A DNA stretch of 64,000 nt from Mantamonas sphyraenae STR306. Its lineage: Eukaryota; Protista; CRuMs. Positions 24,185 to 33,824 of the stretch are shown piece by piece (positions within the stretch are counted from its first letter, which is position 1; every line of letters starts with the position of its first letter). The notes under the pieces were generated by a model. That model had not been told where the DNA came from. It saw only the letters and a list, made by a program, of their open reading frames with translations, and ran no database searches. A program made the translations under genes and the position numbers. The DNA lies in the NCBI GenBank assembly GCA_026936335.1, contig JAPMXV010000007.1, positions 248,001-312,000 of the forward strand. The letters are read 5' to 3'.

Positions 24185-24598
24185 TCACCAGGCCCACTGG
24201 AACCCCTGTGGAGGATGAAAGTTGCCCAGGTGTGTGCTGAGGACACGTAGGTCACCATCCCATGCCCATGTGTGCTTCTCCTGCTTCTCTTTGACATCTT
24301 GGGTGGCACCATCGGCGGCCACTTCCACCATGAGCTCCTCTGCTTCCATGGTGGTGGGGTCAAAGGTACCACGCAGCGTGGTGGTGGTTGTGGACGGCCC
24401 CACGTTTCCTGCGTCATCCACACTGCCCTGGATGCTGCTTGTGGTCGTTGTGTGCGTCCATGTGCTCAGGGCGTCGTCGTGAAAGTCCATGGTGCGTTCG
24501 TTGCCTTTGCGCATCTGTTCTTCCTGTTCCTCCGTCGCGTAGGACCACCTCTGTGCGCTCTGCTCATGCACACTCTCCATCACACTCGATGTACTCAT
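24185..24598 (-). CDS. Unrecognised family, copy D (137 aa)
   Basis: RGTFDPTTMEA...EKHTWAWDGDLRVLSTHLG..HPPQGFQWAW. Confidence 0.8.
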   Translation of the reverse strand: MSTSSVMESVHEQSAQRWSYATEEQEEQMRKGNERTMDFHDDALSTWTHTTTTSSIQGSVDDAGNVGPSTTTTTLRGTFDPTTMEAEELMVEVAADGATQDVKEKQEKHTWAWDGDLRVLSTHLGNFHPPQGFQWAW

Positions 24599-24935
24599 GC
24601 TTGTGGATGCCTCGGTTGGATGCTTGACCTCGTGCGGATGGGTATGCACAGCCACACGCCTGGGTTTTTCGTTTGGGCCGGCCGGCGACTTTTCCTTCTC
24701 GTCCCAAGTGCACGCCAGAAGGACACGGAAGAGGCATGCACACTGGGGACGGCATCCCTCGCATAAAAGGTGTGCCTGCACCACGGCAACAAGAGTGTGG
24801 GTGGCATGTGGGAAGGCAGAGGGCCGTCGTGGAAAGAGCCGTTTTGGCGCTGCCGCCGCTACGATTTCCGCCCGCAGCAACAAACACAGAGGGGTTGGAT
24901 GGATGGGTGTGTGCGCCTCCGCGTACATTTGCTAA

Positions 24936-25445
24936 TCACCACTTCCATTGGAACCCCTGCGGGGCGACGACAGTGCCGACGTGTGTCTTGAGGGCGGCTG
25001 CGTCGCCGTCCCAGGACCAGGTGTGCTCTTCGGGCTCGTCGTGCTCCTTGTCGCTGGCCACCAACCCGTTGACAGTGATCTTTGTGCGCAGGACCTTGGC
25101 TTGCATGGTTTCAGGGTTGAAGCTGCCCGTGGTTTCTGTGACCTGTGTGCTGGGTCCGCCGTCGTTGTCCCCTTCTTCTTGGGCCCCGTCCAGGGTTTGC
25201 TTGTGCTCCTGCACACTCCACGTGCTGAGTCCCTCGGTGTCATCAAAGTCAAACGTGGTGGTGTTGCCGCTGATGAGTGCACTCATGTCCTCCTCCGACT
25301 GCAGGTGCCACGAACTCTTGGTGGTGTCCTCAATGCCCGTCGACAGCATCGATGCAAACGTGTCTGCGTCAATCGAGTGTTCCTCATCGTGGCTGTGGTC
25401 GGGCGTGTCGATGTTGAAAAAGTTGGCCTCTTCCGCTTCAGACAT
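24936..25445 (-). CDS. Unrecognised family, copy E (169 aa)
   Basis: TGSFNPETMQA...EEHTWSWDGDAAALKTHVG..VAPQGFQWKW. Confidence 0.8.
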   Translation of the reverse strand: MSEAEEANFFNIDTPDHSHDEEHSIDADTFASMLSTGIEDTTKSSWHLQSEEDMSALISGNTTTFDFDDTEGLSTWSVQEHKQTLDGAQEEGDNDGGPSTQVTETTGSFNPETMQAKVLRTKITVNGLVASDKEHDEPEEHTWSWDGDAAALKTHVGTVVAPQGFQWKW

Positions 25446-25799
25446 GGTCGGTAGCGATTTCGTGGCCACCGCAGCGCGAGTCAAACAGGACACCATCCTC
25501 ACACACATCGCACCATGGTGTCCACTGTTTCTTGACCCCATGAGGATGGATGGTGGTGGTGGGGGAGACGTGTGTGTTGTGCAGCGCACCACTTCGGGGA
25601 GCGGACACCGCTGTGCTGTGCTGCTTGACCCCTCTCAAAGTGGCCACAAACAAGGAATGGATAACCTGGCAGTGCCTTGCAAATCGCTAGCTGCAGTGCT
25701 TGGTCAACGTTTTGACCCGGAAACGCGTGTACGTGCAATGTCGGGGCCGCGTGAACAAACAATCCACGCGCCTGCCAAACCACATCGAAAGAAAACGGC

Positions 25800-27140
25800 A
25801 TGAACGATCGTGTTGCTTTTGCCCTCTTGCTGCTCGCATGCGCATGCAGCGCCGCTTCTTCCTGCTCTGTTGTGACACAGAACGGACACACGCTGGACTT
25901 TTCCCCATTGGCCGGTGTGAAGCTGTCTCTGAACGACTCGCAAGACGACCAGTACATTTTCACGATGTGTGAAGACTTGCCCTCCACGCCGTATCCCACC
26001 TGCTCCAAGAATGCACAGTCTGTGCAGATCTTGGCCAACTCGTACTGTGTCGTGACAGGCACAGCTGCGCAAGCGTCGTGGAACAGCACCGGAGACTACG
26101 CCAGTGTGACGTACGGAGGCGGGCAACGTTGCGGCGACGGAACAATGCGAAATTTCCAGATCAACTTTGTCTGCGATCCAGACCATGAAGTTCAAGCTGT
26201 GGGACAAGTGCAAGAGGAACCATTGGGCTCGTGCCACTATTCTGCCACTGTCAACACGCGCTATGCATGTGTCAACACACCTCCGGCGCCCAAGGCCTGC
26301 AGCGTCCGCACCGCAAATGGCAACACCCTGGACTTTTCGCCTCTGGCTGGCACCAAGCTGTCCCTTGAGGATGCGGACGAGAACACGTACTACTTCACCC
26401 TGTGTGAGAACTTTGCCTCGGGCACGTTTGCCACGTGCACAGGCGTTGGTGAGAGCTTCCAGGTTGCCCCCCCCAGTGAGTTCTGCACCATGACCGGGGT
26501 TGCAGACCAGCAGAGCTGGAAGAGCAGTGGAGACGACGTGGCTGTCACGTATGGCGGTGGGAAGAAGTGTGGCAACACACCACGTCAGTTTTCCATCAAC
26601 CTCAAGTGTGATCCCAACCACGAGGCACAGCCCATGGGTCAGGTGCAAGAGGTGCCAGCAGGCTCGTGCCACTATGTGGCCACTGTCAACACACGACACG
26701 CGTGTGTCAACAGCCCACCCCATGCCGATTGCAACGTGAAAACGCAGAGTGGGTTTGTGCTGGACTTTGAAGCGATTGCGGACATGACACTGGCCTCATC
26801 GGACGCCAATGGGAACAAGTACACGTTTGGTGTGTGCAGCAACGCACAAGCGCCATCCACATGCAGCCAACAAGAGTCTGAGGGGTACATGGTGGCATCC
26901 AACGGGTACTGCACCACGGTGGGATCGCTCGACAAGCAGACGTGGAACAGCACGGGAGACTATGTGTCTGTCACGTACGGTGGAGGACAGGCGTGTGGCA
27001 ATGTCAACCGCTCGTTCATGATTGACTTTCTGTGCGACAAGTCGACCGAGGCACAGGTGGTGGGTCAGACCATCGAAGCCCCAGCTGGATCCTGCCAGTA
27101 TGTGCAACGTGTCAAGTCCAAGTACGCATGCACCGATTGA
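25800..27140 (+). CDS. Secreted lectin with three tandem mannose-6-phosphate receptor homology (MRH) domains and no TM segment
   Basis: Signal peptide, then three repeats of about 140 aa: G..LDF..LA, Y.F..C, VTYGGG..CG...R.F.I...CD, E.P.GSC.Y...V.T..AC. Confidence 0.85.
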   Translation: MNDRVAFALLLLACACSAASSCSVVTQNGHTLDFSPLAGVKLSLNDSQDDQYIFTMCEDLPSTPYPTCSKNAQSVQILANSYCVVTGTAAQASWNSTGDYASVTYGGGQRCGDGTMRNFQINFVCDPDHEVQAVGQVQEEPLGSCHYSATVNTRYACVNTPPAPKACSVRTANGNTLDFSPLAGTKLSLEDADENTYYFTLCENFASGTFATCTGVGESFQVAPPSEFCTMTGVADQQSWKSSGDDVAVTYGGGKKCGNTPRQFSINLKCDPNHEAQPMGQVQEVPAGSCHYVATVNTRHACVNSPPHADCNVKTQSGFVLDFEAIADMTLASSDANGNKYTFGVCSNAQAPSTCSQQESEGYMVASNGYCTTVGSLDKQTWNSTGDYVSVTYGGGQACGNVNRSFMIDFLCDKSTEAQVVGQTIEAPAGSCQYVQRVKSKYACTD

Positions 27141-27252
27141 AGGGAATGATGATGATGAGCAGGTTGAAGAGGATGGGCAGGATGGGTGGTTCATTTCTCT
27201 GCAGCCAAGGAAGAGTATTATGTTCTTAATATATGTTCTTCATCATAATCAT

Positions 27253-27483
27253 TCATGACTCCCACCGCCAGTCAAAGCCGTCTGGGGCAAGCACATTGCC
27301 ATTGTGTGTTTTCAGCGTGCGTGCGTCGCCATCCCACGTCCACGTGTGTTCCTTTGGTTCGTCAAACTCTTCGTTGCTCACTTCCTCGCCGTTTGTCACG
27401 ACCTTTTTCGACAGCTCTTTTGCCAGCCCGCTATCCGGATCAAACGACCCTTTCGTGGTCTCGGTGCGACTGGCGTTGCTCAT
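27253..27483 (-). CDS. Unrecognised family, copy F (76 aa, C-terminal half only; may be truncated or have an unseen 5' exon)
   Basis: KGSFDPDSGLA...KEHTWTWDGDARTLKTHNG..LAPDGFDWRW. Confidence 0.7.
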   Translation of the reverse strand: MSNASRTETTKGSFDPDSGLAKELSKKVVTNGEEVSNEEFDEPKEHTWTWDGDARTLKTHNGNVLAPDGFDWRWES

Positions 27484-27633
27484 TGCGCGGTGGGTTGGTG
27501 GGTGGGGTTTCCGGGCCCCCACAAACGCGGTTCTCTCCCTTCCCTCCCTCCCCAACGCATCCTCACACGCAGCGGAATTGAACCCACGCACACTTCATCA
27601 CATTGCAAGAGAAGCCATAGAAGCAACACTCGA

Positions 27634-28068
27634 TCACTCATCGGTGTTCCATTTGTCCCATTTGAACCCTTCCGGCCCCAACACGTCTCCCAAGTGCGTC
27701 CTGAGCACACCCGCATCCTCATCCCACTCCCAAACATGCTCCTCATCACATTCGGTCTCTTCCACCACCTCGCCATCCTTCTTCACCACCACACGCAACA
27801 CCTTGGCCTTCAGCGACTCCTTGTCAAACGTCCCCGACACCTCCTCCTCCTTGCCCACCAGCCCACCGTACCCTCCTGTTCCAGCGGTGTCCATGTCCAC
27901 GTTGGTCCATGACCACTGCTCCATCCCAGGCCCACTGCTCTCATCGTCCGCAAACGCAAAGATCACCCCTTTGCCGCTCACCATCGCATCCAGTTGACTT
28001 TCATGGTGAAACATGCCCTTGATGTTCTCCTCCATCGATGCCAAAAAGTTCATTACCCCCGTGGCCAT
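27634..28068 (-). CDS. Unrecognised family, copy G (144 aa)
   Basis: SGTFDKESLKA...EEHVWEWDEDAGVLRTHLG..LGPEGFKW. Confidence 0.8.
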   Translation of the reverse strand: MATGVMNFLASMEENIKGMFHHESQLDAMVSGKGVIFAFADDESSGPGMEQWSWTNVDMDTAGTGGYGGLVGKEEEVSGTFDKESLKAKVLRVVVKKDGEVVEETECDEEHVWEWDEDAGVLRTHLGDVLGPEGFKWDKWNTDE

Positions 28069-28127
28069 GGTCTCACTCACTCGCGCTCTTCTCTCGCTTT
28101 CAATGCGATGTGTTGTGCCCACCTGTG

Positions 28128-28586
28128 TCACCATTTCCACACAAAATCTTGTGGCGCGTTCACAGCACCCTCATGTGTGGTCAACACGCGTGCATGGTCA
28201 TCCCATGTCCACGTGTGCGTCTTTTCACCCTCTCCATACGTGATGGGCTCCGACGCTTCGCCATTGGTGCGTGTTTGTTGACGTCGCGTTTGTGCAATCC
28301 CCGTGCTCGGGTCAAACACTCCCGTCGTCTCCACAGTGGATGTCATCGGACCATTGCTGGTCAGGTTGCGATACGTCACTTCCACTCTCCACTTGCTCAG
28401 ACCCGTCTCATCCTCGAATTCAAACCACGTTTCGCTTCCATCCTCCCCGTACGTCTCCTGTACCTCCCACATCCCACGTGCAACCTTGTAATTGACCACC
28501 ACTACCTTCCCATCATCCTCTCCGTCCGACTCTTCTTCTTCTTTCCTATCTTGGTGGCCCCCAAACAGGCTCTTGACCCACGACAT
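28128..28586 (-). CDS. Unrecognised family, copy H (152 aa)
   Basis: TGVFDPSTGIA...KTHTWTWDDHARVLTTHEG..NAPQDFVWKW. Confidence 0.8.
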   Translation of the reverse strand: MSWVKSLFGGHQDRKEEEESDGEDDGKVVVVNYKVARGMWEVQETYGEDGSETWFEFEDETGLSKWRVEVTYRNLTSNGPMTSTVETTGVFDPSTGIAQTRRQQTRTNGEASEPITYGEGEKTHTWTWDDHARVLTTHEGAVNAPQDFVWKW

Positions 28587-28627
28587 TCTTTGCCGGCGCC
28601 GTCGCAGCCAGCCCACATCCCACCCCC

Positions 28628-29464
28628 ATGGACATCGAAACCGCCACCACCACTGCATCATCGTCATCATCATCCCCCTCGCCGTCTTCCGATGAAATGG
28701 ACGTCGTGGACATCTCGGGTCCTCTGGACACCATGGAAAAGAAGATCGAGTGGGCCCGAACCATCCGCAAGGAGTTCTGTCCCTCGGAAATGATCCATGA
28801 AGACGGCAATATCAACCAAGAGTAAGTGCAACAGCAACTGCCACCTCCCACCTCCCCTGTCCTACAATCCTCTCATCGAACCTCCATCTCCTGCGTCCAA
28901 TGGCACTGATCTCTTCCGGTTCCCGCGCTTTGATCAACCCACCCCACCCAACCCCCCCTCTCCCCCTCCCCCACACAGCTACTTCCGCCCTACCCGTGAA
29001 CAAATCATGTCCCTGCGTGCCAGGCAATGGAAACCAAAGGACGACACTCTTCTCATCAAAGGCATCGCCAAGCACGGCGTCGGCGCGTGGTCCGACATCC
29101 GCTCCGAGTTTCTCAAGCCCTGGGTATGTCCTCCCCCCCGCTTCCCCTTCCCTAAACCCTTCCCTCTGTATTGCTCACACGCACAGTCACACCTGTCACA
29201 CCTTAGGATGAGCTGGAACTGCGCCTGCGCACGAGTGAACTGCTGGGTCGACACAATCTGGACGAGTACGACGGCTGGAAGGGCAACCAGAAAGACATCC
29301 AGGACGAGTTTGCATTCAACCAAACCATTGCATTGGACAGTGGCATTGCCAACTTGTGGCAACACGGTGGCCTTGTCGATGACGAGGATGGGCTTGTCGC
29401 ACGCCTCATCGAGGTTGCCCGTCCCCAGTGGGAGGCTCTCAAGGCTGAAACAGAGAGGAATTGA
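28628..29464 (+). CDS. Myb/SANT-like domain protein (3 exons)
   Basis: WKPKDDTLLIKGIAKHGVGAWSDIRSEFLKPW, spliced to DELELRLRTSELLGRHNLDEYDGWKG via GTAAG and GTATG introns. Confidence 0.7.
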
Positions 29465-29573
29465 ACCAGAAACAAACACACAATGGTTTCCCAACCTTAT
29501 TGTATGGGCCATGACACCCTGCGCTGCAACACCCCACACAACTCCGTCCCTCCTTGCACCCCACACACACACC

Positions 29574-30001
29574 ATGTTTGGCAAGAAGAAACGCGACACC
29601 GCCATGGATCTGCTCGACCGTTATGACAAACGGGTGAAGAAGACGGGCAAGTACGATGTACGTGTGTTGTATTTCCGCCGTGTGCTTCGTGCGCCATTTC
29701 CCCCCTCATTCCCCCGCCTTGCCCTCCTCCCTTGGGTCGAACGCCTACCCACGAATGGTCCATGGCAACCCGTCCGTGTCGATGTAAACACTGACATGTG
29801 AGGTGTGGTATGTCCACCATGCGCACCTGCCGTCCTCCACAGCCCCAGTTTGAGGAGCTGGACGACAAGCTCGAGGAGGAGGACAACTGCTGCTCCACCA
29901 AGGCCAAAGTCATCACTGCCGTCTCCATCATTGTCATCCTTGGTGGCGCTGCTGCCGCCTACTTCTTTGTGCCCGAGGTGCAGGCCCTGGTGCCCATCTG
30001 A
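29574..30001 (+). CDS. Small (about 80 aa) protein with a single C-terminal TM helix (tail-anchor-like); intron 29658-29843
   Basis: MFGKKKRDTAMDLLDRYDKRVKKTGKYD spliced to PQFEELDD...CC...VITAVSIIVILGGAAAAYFFV. Confidence 0.55.
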
Positions 30002-30201
30002 GCCGGAAGGACAGCCCGCGAAATGAAGCGAATCATCTCCCCAACCCTCAACACCCCCTATCACAACCTACCCTCCCCCCAGCCCCCGCCTCCTCCTCCC
30101 CCCCCCCTCTGTCTCCACTCCCTCTCCCACCCCCTTCCCTTTTGTCGCTTCTCTCTTGTGCACTCTCTCCCCCACCCAACGAAAACCCCCTGCAGCAACC
30201 G

Positions 30202-30755
30202 ATGGCTGGAAAAGCGGTCCATTTTGACGACAAGATGCATGGCTTTACGCCACGCGATGCCAATGGCAATGTGATTGAAGACGATGAGGACGATGAGGAG
30301 ATCTACGTCGGTGACGACGAGTTGGAGCTCGAAGAGGTACGCCAGCAGCGCGCGTTGTCCGTTGAACACACAACTCTTCACCCGCATACTTACCCTGTAC
30401 CGCCACCATCGCCTGCCCCACCAGCCTGCCCGTGAGGAGAAGATCAAGGAGAAGTTTGACCTTGGTACGTTGTTGGCCGCCATCTGCATGTGTCCCACAG
30501 CCCTCCCCGGGTGTCATCATCACTTTCCGTTTCCCAGCATCATCCGCCTGACCCCGCCCACCGCTTCCCCCGCCTCCCCCAGACAAATGGGATCAAAAGA
30601 CAAAGAAGGAACACCCTCTGTACACTACGAGCAGCGCGGTCATTGGCGCACAGGCACCCACCGTCTGGGAGTTGCCTGAGAAGTACGTACCCAAGGGCTT
30701 TGCCTTTACAAACTCCTTCCCCGGCGGTTTCGATCGTCACTCTGGCCTTCGATAA
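30202..30755 (+). CDS. Pierce1/Pierce2 (C9orf116/C15orf65, DUF4490)-like ciliary microtubule inner protein, 3 exons; last exon not in the ORF track
   Basis: The last exon (30583-30755) translates KEHPLYTTSSAVIGAQAPTVWELPEKYVPKGFAFT...GL, matching the PLY.TS...YG...PT..EMP..F.P....F motif. Confidence 0.7.
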
Positions 30756-30795
30756 ACACCTCAGTTCACTCCACTGTAAACACTCCCCCCTCCCC

Positions 30796-31999
30796 TTACC
30801 CAAGTTGTTCCACCGTCTTTGCCACCAGGGTGCGCAGCTTGGTGGCCTCCATGGTGGACGGGTGTGACTCGCCAAACTCGCTCTCAAAGATGGTCACGGC
30901 ATGGTCGATGTACTCCAAACCCAGGTCGTACTCCTCCAAATAGACATGGAGCATGCCCAGGACGTGGTAGCTCTCGCCCACGGTGGGATGGGAGCCACCG
31001 AGGTGAGCCTCACGCAGTTCCAGCACGTTGCGCAGCATGTTCAGTGCTTCGATGGCACGCACGTCGTCCAACCCACCGTCGTTGAACTCTGGGTCTGTCA
31101 AGGACGTGGTCAGGTATCGATACCAGATCTCACTCACCTTACTCAGCAGCGCCAGCGCCCGTTCGCTCTTGCCCACCTGCACCAGCACGTTGGCCAGGTT
31201 GAAGTACGCCGTCGCCGTGCTGATGTGTTCCGGACCCGCACTCAGCGAACAGTAGTAAATGTCGTTGGCCAGCTCCTTCATGGATCCCTCGTAGTTGCCC
31301 TGGGCTGCATACAGCAACCCAAAGTTGCGGTGCAGCTTCGATTGGATGTCGTGACGCACCTCGCTGCTCTTCAGAATCGTCCACTTGGCCAGTCCCAGGT
31401 TGTCCTCCGCACTGTCGAACCGTCCCAACCCAATAAACGCCTCCCCCAACAACAGATACGCAGGCGCCGTGGCAATCGTCCCTTTTCCGTGCGCCGCAAC
31501 GGCTAGTTTCAACGCCTGCAACGCCGCCGGGATCGCCGCCTCAAACGAACGTGCATAGATGTACTTTAGACTCTCGTTCTGCGTCAGCTCCAACAGTTGT
31601 TGCTGTGTCCATCCACCGCGTCGTCCGCCCGTGTCAGCCGCCCGACGATTTCCCCCCCAATCCCTCGTTTTCCTGATGAGGAGATTCGCTTCCTCCTCCC
31701 ACCCTCTCACCTCCTCCCCTCCCTTCCCTGGCACTCACCCTCAACTGCCTCGACTTGTTCTCCATGCGCTCACGCCCCTCTTCGTTGCCAAAGTCTGTCT
31801 GCAGGTTCTTGAGCATGGCCAGCTTGCCACAGATCTGCTCGTGGATGCTCTCAAAGTCCAGGCGCTCGTGTTCCCTTGAACAGTAGAACGACGACCCACA
31901 CTCCTCACACTTCAAGTACGCCACCTTGCCACACAGTTCACATGTCAGCTTCACACCCTGTGCAGTCGACAGTGGATTCCCCGACCCTGACGACGACAT
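30796..31999 (-). CDS. ZMYND12: MYND zinc finger + TPR protein; intron at about 31603-31738
   Basis: NPLS..QGVKLTCELCGKVAYLKC..C...FYCSREH..LDFESIHEQIC, AIPAALQAL, PAYLLLGEA.IGLG, SKLHRNFGLLY, LANDIYY.S. Confidence 0.88.
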
Positions 32000-32124
32000 G
32001 TGTGTGTGTGTGTGGAGTTGGCTTGCTCCTGCACCCGCTTGGCCATCCAACCCACCCCTCCTACCCCTCCTACCCCTCCTACCCCTCCTCCTCCCCACCC
32101 TCCCCACCCTCCATCATCTCCACA

Positions 32125-33699
32125 ATGTTCTCCCGCCTATCCTCACCCGCAACCCACTGTGTGCACCACACACCTCGGCATCCACCTGGTCATCTCCTCA
32201 CCCTCACCACCCTCACCACCACCACCACCACGTCATCCTCCTACCGTTGCTCGGGCTGTGGTGTCACTCTGCAAACCACAGACACCACACAACTGGGGTT
32301 CACCCCAAAGACCCCCCTTACGCCGCGGACCATCTGCCAACGCTGCCACTGGCTGCGCCACGGCACCCGCACTCCACCCAGCAACACCAGCCCAGAAGAG
32401 ACAAACACAGGAGACCCATCGTCAATGATGATGACGAGGGGCCCAGGCACAGCTCCCGTGGAGCAAGTGGCGGCTGCGTTGAAACCCCTGGCCCAGCAAG
32501 AGGCGCTTCTGGTTCTGCTTGTGGACCTGTTTGACCCGTCGTCGACCATGCTACCAGACATTGCACAGTACCTGGGCAGCCGCGGTTCCCACTTTCTGCT
32601 GGTGGGCAACAAGGCAGACCTGCTGCCGGGTCGTCTGCGCCCCACCCGCGTGCAACGCTGGGTCGAACAACTGGGCCGATCCACGTGGGGCAAACCCACC
32701 ATGGATCGATGCAAGGGCATCCATCTCGTCTCTGCCCTCATGGCCCATGGCATCGATGCCCTTGTCCATGACATTGAACGCTATCGTGGCGGAAGGGACG
32801 TCTATGTCCTGGGGGCCACCAATGCAGGCAAGAGCAGTCTTGTCAATGGCATCCTCAATCGCTACCAGGTGGCATTGGACACCCAGGACCCATCCGACAC
32901 AGACGGACGCCTCCGCAGGTTGCCCTCCTCCCTGGCTGCTGCCACCCCGTGGCACACCCATGTCACCACCAGTGCATTGCCTGGCACCACCCTCAACCTC
33001 GTCAGCTTCCCCATCACCCGCTCTGCCTCTGCACACCTTCATGACACCCCCGGCATGGTCCAACCACACGCCTTTCCCATCCATGACTTCCTCACCCTCC
33101 CCGAACTCAAGATGATCCAGCCCAAGGCGCCCACCCCCGCTCAGGCTCGCAAACGCAACCCACGTCGTCGTCACCGCTCCCGCACTCGCTCTGCCCTCAC
33201 CACCCTTCCCTGGAATCCAGGCCAGTCCCTCTTCCTGGGCGGCATGGCCCGCCTCGACTACATCGACGGCCCTCCCTTGCGTGCACACGCCGTCGTTGGC
33301 CCAGGCCTTGCTCTCCATCAGACACGCACTGCAAAGGCTGACGATCTCTGGGCCCGCCATGCCTGGAAGGAGCCGGGCCTCCTGAGCCCGCCTCTTCACC
33401 GATACGACCCGCAGCGCATACGCGACATCTCTGCAGGCCTCGATCAGATCCAGGACTGGCACGTCCACCTGCCTCTCCGCGGTTCTGCCCTCGCCTCTCG
33501 CCGTCGCGTCGGTTCCCATCGTATTGTCTTCCACGAGCTCGCCTTTCCAGGCGGACTCGGATGGCTAGCCCTCTCCCTCGCCCAGCCCATCAGTGTCCGT
33601 CGCGAGCACCTCGACCTCCACCTCAAGCTGCACACCCTTCCGGGCATGGACGTCGAAGGCCACACAGGCCGAGAATGCCTCCTCGACATGGTCCTCTGA
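32125..33699 (+). CDS. NOA1: Circularly permuted GTPase, NOA1/YqeH family (mitochondrial ribosome assembly)
   Basis: Zinc finger CSGCG..LQ...GF and CQRC, then G4 NKADLLP, G5 VSA, G1 GATNAGKSS, G2 PGTT, G3 DTPG, and GQSLFLGGMARLD. Confidence 0.88.
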   Translation: MFSRLSSPATHCVHHTPRHPPGHLLTLTTLTTTTTTSSSYRCSGCGVTLQTTDTTQLGFTPKTPLTPRTICQRCHWLRHGTRTPPSNTSPEETNTGDPSSMMMTRGPGTAPVEQVAAALKPLAQQEALLVLLVDLFDPSSTMLPDIAQYLGSRGSHFLLVGNKADLLPGRLRPTRVQRWVEQLGRSTWGKPTMDRCKGIHLVSALMAHGIDALVHDIERYRGGRDVYVLGATNAGKSSLVNGILNRYQVALDTQDPSDTDGRLRRLPSSLAAATPWHTHVTTSALPGTTLNLVSFPITRSASAHLHDTPGMVQPHAFPIHDFLTLPELKMIQPKAPTPAQARKRNPRRRHRSRTRSALTTLPWNPGQSLFLGGMARLDYIDGPPLRAHAVVGPGLALHQTRTAKADDLWARHAWKEPGLLSPPLHRYDPQRIRDISAGLDQIQDWHVHLPLRGSALASRRRVGSHRIVFHELAFPGGLGWLALSLAQPISVRREHLDLHLKLHTLPGMDVEGHTGRECLLDMVL

Positions 33700-33824
33700 A
33701 AATACCCCTGTAAATTTTGATTCAAACACAAATCTATCACTCCAAACAGAATCACCCATTTGTACCTCAATCAAAAAACCAACCATTCATCGTACATCCG
33801 CATTTCATTCTCCTCTCTCCCTCT

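Noticed and set aside
22156-28586. Possible CRISPR-like or transposon-derived repeat array
   Set aside because: Similarity is only at protein-motif level. I saw no identical direct repeats with spacers, no terminal repeats and no transposase or reverse transcriptase ORF.
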